Assembly (NCBI GenBank): GCA_963764165.1
Contig: CAVXRD010000002.1
Location: 2,400,001-2,464,000 of the forward strand
Length of the DNA stretch: 64,000 bases
Origin: an uncultured Verrucomicrobiae bacterium
GTDB taxonomy: Bacteria; Verrucomicrobiota; Verrucomicrobiia; Limisphaerales; Palsa-1400
Direction: 5' to 3'
Of the stretch, positions 27,201-36,834 are shown one piece after another. Each line of letters opens with the position of its first letter. The stretch's first letter is position 1. The notes under the pieces were generated by a model. The model saw only the letters and a list, made by a program, of their open reading frames with translations, was not told the origin of the DNA and ran no database searches. A program made the position numbers and the translations under genes.

Positions 27201-30200
27201 GAGTGGCAGCACGCTGGCCGGCACGAACACAGTGAGCGGCTCCATGAACTGGATGTCCGGCGTGGTGACGGGTCCGTTGGCGGTGGCGAGCACCGGTGTT
27301 CTGACGCTAAGCGGCGGCGGCAATCTGTGGCTGGGCAGCACTCTGACCAACGCGGGAACGGTCAACTGGACCGGAGGAACCTTCCAATTTGATCCGTACG
27401 ATTATGGGAACAGCTCGGGTCCAATCGTGAACCTGGCGGGAGGGCAGTGGAATATCGAGTGCGACCAAACCCTCTCCAGCCGAGGCGGGAACGCTGCCAA
27501 CACATATTTCATCAATAATGGAACGATGACGAAATTGGCCGGGACGGGAACGACGTACGTGAACGTGCCGTTTGACAACGCTGGGGCTGTCGATGCGTCG
27601 TCTGGGACGATCAATTTTCAAGACGGTGGCCCAATAAGCGGAACCTTCAATGCGGCATCCGGAACCGCGTTTGTGTTCTCCGGTGGCAATTTCACCGCCG
27701 GGAATTCACCCACCCTCGCCGGGCCGGGCAGCTTTCAATTCACCGGCGGCAGCCTGCTGCTGGGATCCACCATTATTCCCAATCTTCAAATGACTGGCGG
27801 CACTGTGAATCTGGGCGCGGGCTTTCAAGGAGGGACAATCACAAACTTGACGCTGAGCGGCAGCACTCTGCCGGGCGCCAATACGGTCAGCGGCGCGATG
27901 AATTGGATGTCCGGCTTGGTGCCCGGTCCGCTGACGGTGGCAAGCACGGGTGTTCTGACGATAAGCGGTGGCGGCAATTTGTGGTTGGGCAGCACTCTGA
28001 CCAACTCGGGAACGGTCAACTGGACCGGAGGAACGTTGCAATTCGATTCATATGATTATGGAAACAGCTCGGGGCCGATTGTGAACCTGGCGGGCGCGCA
28101 GTGGAATATCGAGTGTGATCAGACCCTGAACAGCCGCGGAGGAAACACCACGAACACGTATTTCTTGAACGACGGGACGATTACGAAATTGGCGGGAACG
28201 GGCTCGACCCACCTAAGCGTAGCGCTTTACGACTCTGGTGAACTGGACGTGGAAAGCGGCACAGTTTCGTTGAGCGGCAGTCCTGCTTACGTGCAATCCG
28301 GCGCGACGATGATCTTCGGCGTGGCGAGCCCGTCCAGCGCAGGCCACGTCTCCATTTCCGGCAGTGTGAATTTCGATGGAACGCTGCAATTCAATCTTCT
28401 TTCGGGATACGCTCCCAAACTTGGTGACAGCTTCTCGCCGTTAAGCTACGGCTCGGAGACGGGGGCGTTTGGCAATTTGGCGCTCGGCGAACTTGGCGCG
28501 GGTCTTGATTGGCAAGCCAGCTATGGATCGGGCTCTCTGACTGTGCAAGTCGTATCGAACCAAGTGGTCGGCCGCATCACGGGCACTGTTCAGAACAGCG
28601 GCGCGCAAGGAGTTTCGGGAATCTCCGTGGTTGCGTTCACCACCAACAATCCCGATTTCTACGTGAGCACAGTCACGGGGAACGGCGGCAATTACGCGCT
28701 CAACGTCACGAATGGAACATGGATCGTGGGTCTCCAGAATCTGGCGGCGGCGGGTTATAACGCCGTGGCGAATCAAACCACTTCGATTAGCAATTCCACA
28801 AATGTTGTCAACTTTTCGCTCCAGCCTTACACCGGCCCCGTCTATAGCATTACGACGGAGGTCAATCCTCCGGGCGCCGGCACGGCCAGCGGCGGAGGCT
28901 CGTTTTCTCCGGGCACTTCGGTGACCGTTAATGCTGTCGCCAATACGAATGCCCTTCCTTATCAGTTTTTGAATTGGACAGCCGACTCCCTGGTGCAGTC
29001 GACCACCACCAATTACACCTTTACCGCCGCGCACAACGAGCAATTGGTCGCCAATTTCGTCCTGCCGCTTTGCACCATAACCGCCAGCAATAATCCGACA
29101 GGAGCGGGCAGCGTCACTGGCGCGGGGACTTACTTCTATGGGAACACCAATATCCTTACAGCCTATCCGAACTTCGGCTATAGCTTCTCCAATTGGACAG
29201 AGGGGCCGAATATCGCAGGGACAAATGCGATACTGAGCACTGTTGTTTACACGAACCATTCGTTCGTGGCCAATTACGCGGCGGCGAACCTCATCCACGT
29301 CGTCACGACAGCAACCGCGCCCGCGGGTGTCGCCACCATCGCGGGCGCTGGGTCATACACCAACGGCCAGACGGCGACATTTGTAGCTCCGCTGGCGGCG
29401 ACCAATCCGCCAAACGTCTACTATTTCCAGCAATTCACTGTCAGCAACACGGTGGCTAGCACCAATGCCACCTTCGCAAAGACGTTCTCGACCCTTGACC
29501 CGACGAATCTTCAATACGTGGCGGTCTATCGCACGGTTCCCATCGTTCCCCAAGTGACCAACGTGCTTGCGAATTTCTCCAGCCCAGTTCCTGCGACAAC
29601 AAATTTCATTCTGACGTTGGAGTTTGATCGCACCATGGTGACGAATGTCCCGCCAGTCATCACACTCACCAACAGCGCCGCAACTCTCCAGGCGACCGTC
29701 CCCACCAACGGCCTTTGGACGACCACCGTGCTCAGCAACGACACGTATGTGACACCGCCAATCACCTTCATTACCGGCATGGATGGCACGCAGAAGCTAT
29801 GGGTTTCCGGCGCACAGGACACGAATGGAAACATTCTCCCACTGACCAACGTCGCGAGCTTCCTCGTCCAAGCGACCCCGCCGCCGAACCCGGTGCTGAG
29901 CCTCGTCTCTTCCAACCAATCGTCCGTCACTGTCAGTTGGAATGGCTATTCCGCTCCGTCTGACTTGGCCGGGTTCCGGGTGTTTGTGGAGACGACCAAT
30001 TATAGTTCGGTCGCGTCGGTGCCGATTTACACCGGAGTGGGCGCGAGCGCCCGCAGTTTCACCTTCGGCGGGCTGGCGCTTGACACACCTTATTATCTGG
30101 CGGCGCAAGCATTTGACACCGCGGGAAATAGCCTGCCCGCGGTTTCGACTTTGTCCGTCCTGCTGCCTACCACATTGCCACCGCCCGTGAGCTTGCAAGT

Positions 30201-33200
30201 GGGATCGGTCGGGGCTTCGACCGCGCAGTTGACATGGAACAGCTATAACACTTCGGCGCTCTTTGGCTTCAGTGGATTTCAGGTTTACGAAGCAAAGACA
30301 AATGTCGCGACTGTCGCGGGCCTGCTTCCATTGGCCACCCTTCCCCCCGGGACGACGTCCTGCCAAGTTCCGGGCTTGGATCGCAGCCGGACATATTATT
30401 TCGCCGTGGTGGGTTACAATGACACAAATGGATTTAATCCTGAGGTAACGACCGCGAGTTGGTCTGACCCATACGCCGGTAACATCTCCGCGAATACCAC
30501 TATCGGCGGCTCGGGTGCAAGCGTCGTGAACATCTATCACAGCATGGTCGTCACCAATAACGCAGTGTTGACGATTCAGCCGGGAACCACCGTTCTATTC
30601 GCGCCCGGCACCAGTTTGACTGTTGCAGAAGGACAGTTGTCCGCCAATGGCACGGCCCTGGCCCCGATTATTCTGGATTCGGCCAATGATACGCCGGGCA
30701 ACACTCCCGCCCCCGGTGACTGGGGCGGCGTCACCTTGGACGGGGCGGCGGCGGAATCAAGTTTGAATTTTGTGGAGATTCTATACGGCGGAGGGCTGAC
30801 CCTTAACAGTTGCGCGCCGACGGTTCAGGCTTTCACGGCCAGCTTCAATATCGCCGGACTGACACTCGAAAAAGGCGCGACGCTGACCACCAGCAGCGCG
30901 TTGATCTCCGGCAATTCGCTCGGCGTGCACCAAACGGACACCGCTGTCTTGACGGTGGAAAATTCCGTCATTCAGAACAACACCACCAATGGTCGGAACG
31001 CTGGCATTTCACCCATGAATGTCCAATCCAACTGGTGGGGTTCGGCCGTCACTTCGGGATTCGCATCGTCGCTGCAAGGCAACTTCACTTACAATCCATT
31101 TCTCACTTACGAACCCTTGCTTACGCCCGCGATTGGAACTGTCGGCGGCGCAACGCAAGTTGGGAGCTCCAACGTCAACCTCGAGTTGGCCTGCCGGACG
31201 GCCGAGTCCATGCGGATTAGCGAGGACATCAATTTTGGAGGCGTCTTCTTCGCGCCCTTCACCAACACGGCTTCGTTCCAACTTTCAGCCGGTGGTGGCC
31301 TCAAACGCATTTACGCCCAATTCCGCAGCGTAACCGGGCAGACCAATGCGCCCATCGAGCTGGATGTAAACTATATAACAGGCGGGCCGGTCATCCAGCA
31401 GTTCAGCCTAAGCCAGGGCCAAACTTTGAATCGTCCCTTGACGGTCACCGGGACGGCAACCTCGGTGATCGGCATGGCGGACATGGAGCTTTACGTCGAT
31501 GGGATTTTGGTGGGGACGAATGCTGGAGGCACGCTCTCTCAATACCTGGACGTCCGCACCCTCGCCAACGCCATTCACGAAGTTGAATTGGTCGCGCGGG
31601 ACACAAGCGGCAATTTCGCCACGCTCGAGGATGAGGTGGTCGTTGCGGTTACCCCGCCGCCCGCGCCGGTGATTCTCCAGCCCGCGGCGGGATTGGTCAC
31701 CAACACGAACGTCGTGACGATCACCGGCGCGGCTGAACCGAATATCGGATTGCAGATCACATGCAACGGGCAGGTTTTGGCGCTGACAAACGCGAACGCG
31801 AGCGGAAATTTCGTATTGACCAACGCGCCGCTGACCGAAGGCGACAACTTGCTGCTGGCCATCGCCTCGGATAGCACCGGAACGACGCCCTCCTCGCCAG
31901 TGCATGTGCTGGTGGAAACCATCCCGCCCGCCCAATTGGTGCTTGCGCAGCCGGTCTATGCTCCCAGCACCGGTTTGTCCGTTTCGTGGACGCTGCCTTC
32001 AGGCGGGAAGCCGTCCGTTTCCTTTGTTTTGTTCTGGGCTGCGAGCCCGTTTACATCGACCAACCAGGCGACGGGCTCGTCTTCTCCGCTGACAACCTAT
32101 TACGACATTCTGAAGGGCCTGCCCAGCGGCACGTATTATTTCGGCGTGGTTGGTTACGATGCGGCGGGCAACGCCAGCCCGCTTTCGGCGCTCGTCTCGG
32201 TTGCTTATGACGCTACGCCGCCCGCGTTGACCGTAGCCTTCGGGTCGCCGTCACCGGTGGGTCCGTCCGCGTTGACCGTGACGTTGCAATCAAGCAAGGC
32301 ATTGGCGGTTTTGCCCACTTTGACCATCCAACCTTCCGGCGCGACTTCGCCGGTTTTGCTGAGTCTCACGAACGTCGCCCTAAACACATGGCAGGGCGTG
32401 TTCACAATTACTCCTGCAACACCGTCCGGTCCCGCTGCGGTGATAGGCAGCGCGCAGGATTTGGCTGGAAATACATTTAACGGCGCTCCCTCCGGGCCGC
32501 TGTTGGTCATCGATACGACCCCTCCCACCGCAGCGATCTTCACCATTCCCGTCACACCGATCCAGACCACCAACAGCACCAATGTCACCGTCAATTTGAC
32601 GCTCACGAAGTCGGTCGGTGCTGGAACGCTGCCGACTCTGGTTTTCACCCCGCCCGTCGGCACAAACGTGCCGGTGACGCTGGCCGGCGCTGGCAGCAAT
32701 TGGAATGGCGGCTTGCTGGTGACGCCATCGATGGGCACTGGCGTTGGGCACTTTACCTTTACCGCCCAAGACTCCCTCGGCAATGTGGGGACGAACATCA
32801 CTTTGGGCGGCCAGTTGGAACTCTACGACACTGCTACTGCACCCCCTCCAACTGCGCCGACCAATTTGGCTGCCGTCAGTCTTGCGGGCGGTTATGTGAG
32901 CCTGAGTTGGAACATCGCCAGCAACGCGCAAATTTACCGCGTTTACCGTGAGGCGGGAACAAACTTCGGCCAGCCCGTTCTGGTTCTGGATAACATCGTG
33001 AGCAACGGCGTTTTGGATCTGCCACCCGTCGACGGCGCATACAGTTACGGGGTGAGCGCAAGCCGGTTGGGTTCGGAGAGCGGAGTTTCCAATGTCGTCA
33101 TCGGTATTTCCGATCGCACTCCGCCGCCTGCTCCAACGAATGTGGCAGCCGCCTTGGCGGCGAGCGGCGTAAGCATCACCTGGCAGGAGCCAGCCGGAGA

Positions 33201-36200
33201 GACACCGGACCATTACGTGGTCTATCGCAATGGCGTCTCCATCGCCTCCGTGGCCTCGATTGCACCCGTCGTGGACTTTCCGCCCACCGGAACAAACACC
33301 TACATCGTGGCGGCAGTGGACGCAGTGGGAAATCAAAACGCCAGTTCCCCCGCAGTGCTCACTTTGCTGGTTGGCCCTGTGGCAAATCTCTCGGTGGTGC
33401 AAACGCCGGGCGAAGCGACCGTCCTGAGCTGGAGCCTCTCCGATCCAAAAACAGCCGGATACAATCTTTATCGCAATGGCGTCAAGCAGAACACCGCAAT
33501 CCTCACCTCGACGAAATACACGGATACGCTACCGCTGTCAGATCTGACCCAATACGGTGTGACCGCCGTCAACGGAAGCGGCCAGGAAAGCCCAGCCCGG
33601 CTGGTGAATGTTGCGCCAGTGTCACTCGGCCTTCTTGTGAACTCCGGCGGATTTGGCAGCAACGGGCCCGTTTCCAGGGATTACTTCGATCAATATCAGG
33701 CCATCATCTCGAATCTCAGTTCCTCCGCCACTCTGCCTGTGTCTAAAATCCAATTGACTCGCGGCATTCACGGCTTGCAGACGCTGGTTGTCGCCCAAAA
33801 CCTTTCGACAAATTTGCCTGCCGGCGGAGTCATGCAACCGCTCGTCACAGTTGCCGAACCCAACGTGCTGGCCGCGCAATCTGTCGAGTTGGTTGTCTCG
33901 GAACAAACCGATAGCGAGGGCAGCAGTGTCAGTTATCAGCAAAATTTCCAATTCTCACCCAGCGGTGTCGCGGTCACTGAAATCGCTGTCACCGCCGATG
34001 CGCTGCCTTTGGCTGGCGGCTTGACGGATTTCCAAGTGCAAGTCTTCAATCGCTCTTATGTTGACATGGAGTTCATCGTCTCCCGCGCCTATGGCGGGCA
34101 GCCCGGGGATTTCTACATTTCTGTGCAGAATAGCCTGGGCCAGGAAGTCAGCCGCACGCCTTACCAAGGCTCGCCGCCCGGCACTACCTTCGGACCGGAT
34201 GGCTCGGGCTATGTGACCATTGGCGCGGGCAGCTCCACCAGTTTCACTGTTCCCGGTGTCCTTGTTCCCGCAGCCATGACGGGAGCAACGAATGTCACCT
34301 TTGAAGCCGTGGCCAGCGTCGTTTACAGCCAGTACGGCACGACCAACCAAGTTGCGGGCGGGCCGCTTTCGGGAACCACGGTTTCTTCCAGTTTGGCCGT
34401 TCCGCCTTATGTCGGCACCGCCAAGACGGACAAATCGACCTACGTGAATGACACGCCGATTCAGATTAGCGGGCAGGCGATCAGCACTTCCACGGGCCTG
34501 CCTGTTCCCAACGCCGCGCTCAACATCGGTTTCGGCGCGGGCGGATTCACCTGGTTCATTCCCGTGACCACCGATGCCAATGGCAACTACCAATATACGT
34601 TCACCCCTCCGCCAGGTTTCGGTGGCAACCTGGATATTTGGGCGGCCAACCCGGCGATCGTAGATCAACTCTACCAAGCCCCCGTCATCGTCTACCGGCT
34701 TTATTGCACCCCAAGTTCGGGCGACATCACCATGTCCAAGAACGACACCGTCAACTTTTCCATTCAACTCCTCAACCCTGGGGACGTGGCCTTGGGAGGT
34801 TTTTCAGTTTCCTGCGCGGCGTATCAGGAATCGGGCACAAATGAGGTGCCGGTTAATACCGTGAGCGGCTCAAGTTCCGGCGCCTCGAGTTTTGCGTTGG
34901 GACCGGGGCAGCGGCAAAGCCTCGAGTTCCAGCTATCCGCCGGGCCGAGCGCGCCGAACACCGTCCTTGTTGTTTACACGATCAGTTCCGCCGCCGGCGC
35001 CAGCACGACCTTCACGGGCACGGTGACCTTGCTGCCGGCGGTGCCATTGCTCACGGTCACTCAGCCCGATAGCGGCTATCTCCAAGTCAGCGTTAACCGG
35101 GGCCAGCAGTTAAGCGGGCAAGTGACTGTCCAGAATACCGGCCTGAAGGCCCTTCAAGGTGTTACACTGACGCCGCCAACCAACGTCACATGGATGCAAG
35201 TGAATCTGCCGGTGTCCGCCGATGGGCTTATTCACCTTCCCGATTTGGATGTTGGCCAGACTGCGACCTTCGGCGTTGTCTTTTCGCCGCCGACCAATGC
35301 GCCCCTGGCTTTCGTTCAGGACACCATTACCATCCAAGGGACGAATTCGACGACGTCCTTCCCGGTGAATCTATACGCGCTGGTCACCTCCGATTTGACA
35401 GGGGCCGTCCAGTTCTATGTGAATGACTTTCTCGGCGCGGTGGTTCCCAACGCGGCGGTCATCCTTCACAACAATGTGTTGTTCAACCAGCCCTCCACTG
35501 TCTACACCGATACGAATGGGCTGGTCACTGTCACTAACTTGCAGGAAGGCACGTGGAACTGGCAGGTAAACGCCTCTGGTTGTTCCGGCGCCGTCGGGAC
35601 GGTCAATATCGTCTCCGACCAAACTGCGTATCAGCCCGTCACGATGGTGCGAAGCCTGGTTTCCATTACATTTAGCGTCGTCCCTGTTCCCTTCTCCGAT
35701 GTTTATGAAATCCAGGTAAATCAAGTCTTTCAGACGCACGTCCCAGGGGGAGTTTTGGTTCTGGATCCGCCCACGGTGAACTTTTCAAATACTACCGCAG
35801 GCTTCTCCGCCAACTTTACAGTGAACGTTGAGAATTATGGCCTCATCGAGATGACCGGTGTTACACTTCAGTCCTCCCAGAATAACGGTTTCCAAGTCAC
35901 ACCCTTAATCTCTTACATTCCCGTGATCCTTCCCATGCAATCGGTCAGTGTGCCTTTCTCGCTCACCAGCACAAACGCCACTTCCAGCGGGCCTGGGCCG
36001 CATGAGCAGGGCGATTTCGGCCCCTTTGTGCCGATGACCGGGTGTGGCAATGGTGTGCCACCCCAAGTCGCGGCGTTGATGGAGAATTTTGTGAATGGCT
36101 CGACAACGTGTTATTTCGGGAACCCCTACCAAACTGCCGCCGTGGTGATCACAACCTGCTTCGCCCAGATTTTCGGAGCCGATCCGTTGGGGTTGGTGGA

Positions 36201-36834
36201 CAGCGCCGCGGAAGGAGCTTTGCTTGGGTCGGCCTTGAGCGCGGCCCTCCAATGTGGCGCACTCGGAGGCGGAGGAGGGGAAATTACCACGAGCGGCGGT
36301 GGAGGTGGTGGAGGTGGAGGCGGGGGCGCCGATGATCCTGATGTGCTCCCACAATCCGGCACCGAAGAAGGCTGCTTCCCCGGCGACACTCTCGTTTTGA
36401 TGGCCGATGGCTCCAGCAAGCCCATCTCAGCCATCCGCATGAACGACGTGGTCCGCAGCGGGCCGAAGCCGGGAAACCTCGCCGTGGTTCGCGGGATTTA
36501 TGGAATGACCGCACCGCGCCAGCGGCAAATTCAATTCAACCGTTCCGGCACCAATGTGCTGCGGCAGGTCGCTGCCACACCCGAGCATCGTTTTTGGCTG
36601 GACGGCAAGGGCTGGGTCTCCGCCGGGAAAATCGCTGTCGGCGATTGGCTCTTTGTTGACACCGGAGAACGCGTGGAAGTCAGCGCCATTCAGGACGTCG
36701 CCGCCAAGGCTCAAGTTTACACCTTGGGGCTTTCAGGCGACGGGGCTTTCTACGCCAACGGCGTCCTGGTTAGCCATTTGTGCGGCAAAATTCCCGGCTA
36801 TTCCGCACTCAAACCGCTGGGGGCGAACCAATGA
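24226..36834 (+). CDS. Giant (4202 aa) secreted adhesin-like protein with a C-terminal Hint domain (operon gene 2)
   Basis: Signal peptide, 218-aa beta-helix-like repeats, InlB-B-like, Fn3, beta-helix and Ig-like modules, poly-Gly linker, then Hint motifs CFPGDTLV, TPEH and FYANGVLVSH. Confidence 0.88.
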   Translation: MIFSIERRKLCRLGVQLLTASLALASNHPCRAATITWTNVAGGNWENAANWSPAQVPGGVDDAVITASGTFTVVMNTGTTVHSLTLGGSTGQQTFSNNSSLNVTFSNPSVVNANGVFAWNGGTVSGGGFTVNGQLLWHSGVFGCPLNIATNAVMNLYGGGNMWLGGTLTNAGTVNWTGGAFQLDPYDYGNSAGPIANLAGGQWNIECDQTLNSRTGPTASTYFLNAGTITKLAGTGQTYVQLPISNTAAINASSGTINFQGGGPITGNYTAAAGSTIAFSSGNFSVGAIPTFSGLGSFQFTGGSLALASGSIPNLQLVGGTVSLGDGFQGGTITNLTLSGSTLAGTNTVSGVMNWVSGIVNGPLSVASTGVLTLSGGGNLWLGSSLTNAGTVNWTGGALQFDPYDYGNSAGPIVNLAGAQWNIECDQSLNSRGGTTSNTYFVNDGTITKLAGTGTTYFDVQFDNDGAVNASSGTINFQDGGPIGAAYNAASGASIVFGNGSFNAGGAPTLGGLGSFQFTGGSLLLGSTIISNLQMVGGTVTLGAGFQGGTITNLTLNGSYLTGTNTVTGVMNWVSGIVTGPLTVASTGVLTLSGGGNMWLGSALTNAGTVNWTGGTLQFDPYDYGNSAGPIVNLAGAQWNIECDQSLNSRGGNAPNTYFINDGTITKLAGTGTTYFYVQLNNAAAVNVSSGTINFQDGGQIGAAYNAASGASVVFGSGSFTVGGAPTLGGLGSFQFTGGSLLLGSTIVSNLQMVGGTVSLSEGFQGGTITNLTLNGSYLTGTNTVTGAMNWVSGVVTGPLTVASTGVLTLSGGGNLWLGSTLTNAGTVNWTGGSFLFDPYDYGNSAGPIVNLAGGQWNIECDQSLNSRGGNAANTYFANDGTITKLAGTGTTYVYVPVDNAGVVNASSGTINFQDGGPIGGAYNSASGASIVFASGSFTVGGVPTLGGSGSFQFTGGSLLLGSTIVSNLQMTGGTVSLGSGFQGGTITNLTLSGSTLAGTNTVSGSMNWMSGVVTGPLAVASTGVLTLSGGGNLWLGSTLTNAGTVNWTGGTFQFDPYDYGNSSGPIVNLAGGQWNIECDQTLSSRGGNAANTYFINNGTMTKLAGTGTTYVNVPFDNAGAVDASSGTINFQDGGPISGTFNAASGTAFVFSGGNFTAGNSPTLAGPGSFQFTGGSLLLGSTIIPNLQMTGGTVNLGAGFQGGTITNLTLSGSTLPGANTVSGAMNWMSGLVPGPLTVASTGVLTISGGGNLWLGSTLTNSGTVNWTGGTLQFDSYDYGNSSGPIVNLAGAQWNIECDQTLNSRGGNTTNTYFLNDGTITKLAGTGSTHLSVALYDSGELDVESGTVSLSGSPAYVQSGATMIFGVASPSSAGHVSISGSVNFDGTLQFNLLSGYAPKLGDSFSPLSYGSETGAFGNLALGELGAGLDWQASYGSGSLTVQVVSNQVVGRITGTVQNSGAQGVSGISVVAFTTNNPDFYVSTVTGNGGNYALNVTNGTWIVGLQNLAAAGYNAVANQTTSISNSTNVVNFSLQPYTGPVYSITTEVNPPGAGTASGGGSFSPGTSVTVNAVANTNALPYQFLNWTADSLVQSTTTNYTFTAAHNEQLVANFVLPLCTITASNNPTGAGSVTGAGTYFYGNTNILTAYPNFGYSFSNWTEGPNIAGTNAILSTVVYTNHSFVANYAAANLIHVVTTATAPAGVATIAGAGSYTNGQTATFVAPLAATNPPNVYYFQQFTVSNTVASTNATFAKTFSTLDPTNLQYVAVYRTVPIVPQVTNVLANFSSPVPATTNFILTLEFDRTMVTNVPPVITLTNSAATLQATVPTNGLWTTTVLSNDTYVTPPITFITGMDGTQKLWVSGAQDTNGNILPLTNVASFLVQATPPPNPVLSLVSSNQSSVTVSWNGYSAPSDLAGFRVFVETTNYSSVASVPIYTGVGASARSFTFGGLALDTPYYLAAQAFDTAGNSLPAVSTLSVLLPTTLPPPVSLQVGSVGASTAQLTWNSYNTSALFGFSGFQVYEAKTNVATVAGLLPLATLPPGTTSCQVPGLDRSRTYYFAVVGYNDTNGFNPEVTTASWSDPYAGNISANTTIGGSGASVVNIYHSMVVTNNAVLTIQPGTTVLFAPGTSLTVAEGQLSANGTALAPIILDSANDTPGNTPAPGDWGGVTLDGAAAESSLNFVEILYGGGLTLNSCAPTVQAFTASFNIAGLTLEKGATLTTSSALISGNSLGVHQTDTAVLTVENSVIQNNTTNGRNAGISPMNVQSNWWGSAVTSGFASSLQGNFTYNPFLTYEPLLTPAIGTVGGATQVGSSNVNLELACRTAESMRISEDINFGGVFFAPFTNTASFQLSAGGGLKRIYAQFRSVTGQTNAPIELDVNYITGGPVIQQFSLSQGQTLNRPLTVTGTATSVIGMADMELYVDGILVGTNAGGTLSQYLDVRTLANAIHEVELVARDTSGNFATLEDEVVVAVTPPPAPVILQPAAGLVTNTNVVTITGAAEPNIGLQITCNGQVLALTNANASGNFVLTNAPLTEGDNLLLAIASDSTGTTPSSPVHVLVETIPPAQLVLAQPVYAPSTGLSVSWTLPSGGKPSVSFVLFWAASPFTSTNQATGSSSPLTTYYDILKGLPSGTYYFGVVGYDAAGNASPLSALVSVAYDATPPALTVAFGSPSPVGPSALTVTLQSSKALAVLPTLTIQPSGATSPVLLSLTNVALNTWQGVFTITPATPSGPAAVIGSAQDLAGNTFNGAPSGPLLVIDTTPPTAAIFTIPVTPIQTTNSTNVTVNLTLTKSVGAGTLPTLVFTPPVGTNVPVTLAGAGSNWNGGLLVTPSMGTGVGHFTFTAQDSLGNVGTNITLGGQLELYDTATAPPPTAPTNLAAVSLAGGYVSLSWNIASNAQIYRVYREAGTNFGQPVLVLDNIVSNGVLDLPPVDGAYSYGVSASRLGSESGVSNVVIGISDRTPPPAPTNVAAALAASGVSITWQEPAGETPDHYVVYRNGVSIASVASIAPVVDFPPTGTNTYIVAAVDAVGNQNASSPAVLTLLVGPVANLSVVQTPGEATVLSWSLSDPKTAGYNLYRNGVKQNTAILTSTKYTDTLPLSDLTQYGVTAVNGSGQESPARLVNVAPVSLGLLVNSGGFGSNGPVSRDYFDQYQAIISNLSSSATLPVSKIQLTRGIHGLQTLVVAQNLSTNLPAGGVMQPLVTVAEPNVLAAQSVELVVSEQTDSEGSSVSYQQNFQFSPSGVAVTEIAVTADALPLAGGLTDFQVQVFNRSYVDMEFIVSRAYGGQPGDFYISVQNSLGQEVSRTPYQGSPPGTTFGPDGSGYVTIGAGSSTSFTVPGVLVPAAMTGATNVTFEAVASVVYSQYGTTNQVAGGPLSGTTVSSSLAVPPYVGTAKTDKSTYVNDTPIQISGQAISTSTGLPVPNAALNIGFGAGGFTWFIPVTTDANGNYQYTFTPPPGFGGNLDIWAANPAIVDQLYQAPVIVYRLYCTPSSGDITMSKNDTVNFSIQLLNPGDVALGGFSVSCAAYQESGTNEVPVNTVSGSSSGASSFALGPGQRQSLEFQLSAGPSAPNTVLVVYTISSAAGASTTFTGTVTLLPAVPLLTVTQPDSGYLQVSVNRGQQLSGQVTVQNTGLKALQGVTLTPPTNVTWMQVNLPVSADGLIHLPDLDVGQTATFGVVFSPPTNAPLAFVQDTITIQGTNSTTSFPVNLYALVTSDLTGAVQFYVNDFLGAVVPNAAVILHNNVLFNQPSTVYTDTNGLVTVTNLQEGTWNWQVNASGCSGAVGTVNIVSDQTAYQPVTMVRSLVSITFSVVPVPFSDVYEIQVNQVFQTHVPGGVLVLDPPTVNFSNTTAGFSANFTVNVENYGLIEMTGVTLQSSQNNGFQVTPLISYIPVILPMQSVSVPFSLTSTNATSSGPGPHEQGDFGPFVPMTGCGNGVPPQVAALMENFVNGSTTCYFGNPYQTAAVVITTCFAQIFGADPLGLVDSAAEGALLGSALSAALQCGALGGGGGEITTSGGGGGGGGGGGADDPDVLPQSGTEEGCFPGDTLVLMADGSSKPISAIRMNDVVRSGPKPGNLAVVRGIYGMTAPRQRQIQFNRSGTNVLRQVAATPEHRFWLDGKGWVSAGKIAVGDWLFVDTGERVEVSAIQDVAAKAQVYTLGLSGDGAFYANGVLVSHLCGKIPGYSALKPLGANQ
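24640..28210 (+). repeat. About 5.5 intragenic tandem repeats of exactly 654 bp (218 aa)
   Basis: D(P/S)YDYGNS starts at 24775, 25429, 26083, 26737, 27391 and 28045. FQGGTITNLTL starts at 25207, 25861, 26515, 27169 and 27823. Confidence 0.92.

Noticed and set aside
24640..28210. Regular repeats as a CRISPR array or DGR template/variable repeat pair
   Set aside because: They are long in-frame coding repeats with no spacers and no adenine-specific variation. No cas or reverse transcriptase gene is in the window.
36295..36327. GGN/GGT run as a phase-variable microsatellite
   Set aside because: It is a mixed-codon, in-frame poly-Gly linker; slippage would change linker length only.
36373..36834. 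Hint domain as a classical intein or a polymorphic-toxin PT-HINT
   Set aside because: There is no terminal Asn, no substantial C-extein or toxin domain, and no small immunity gene downstream.
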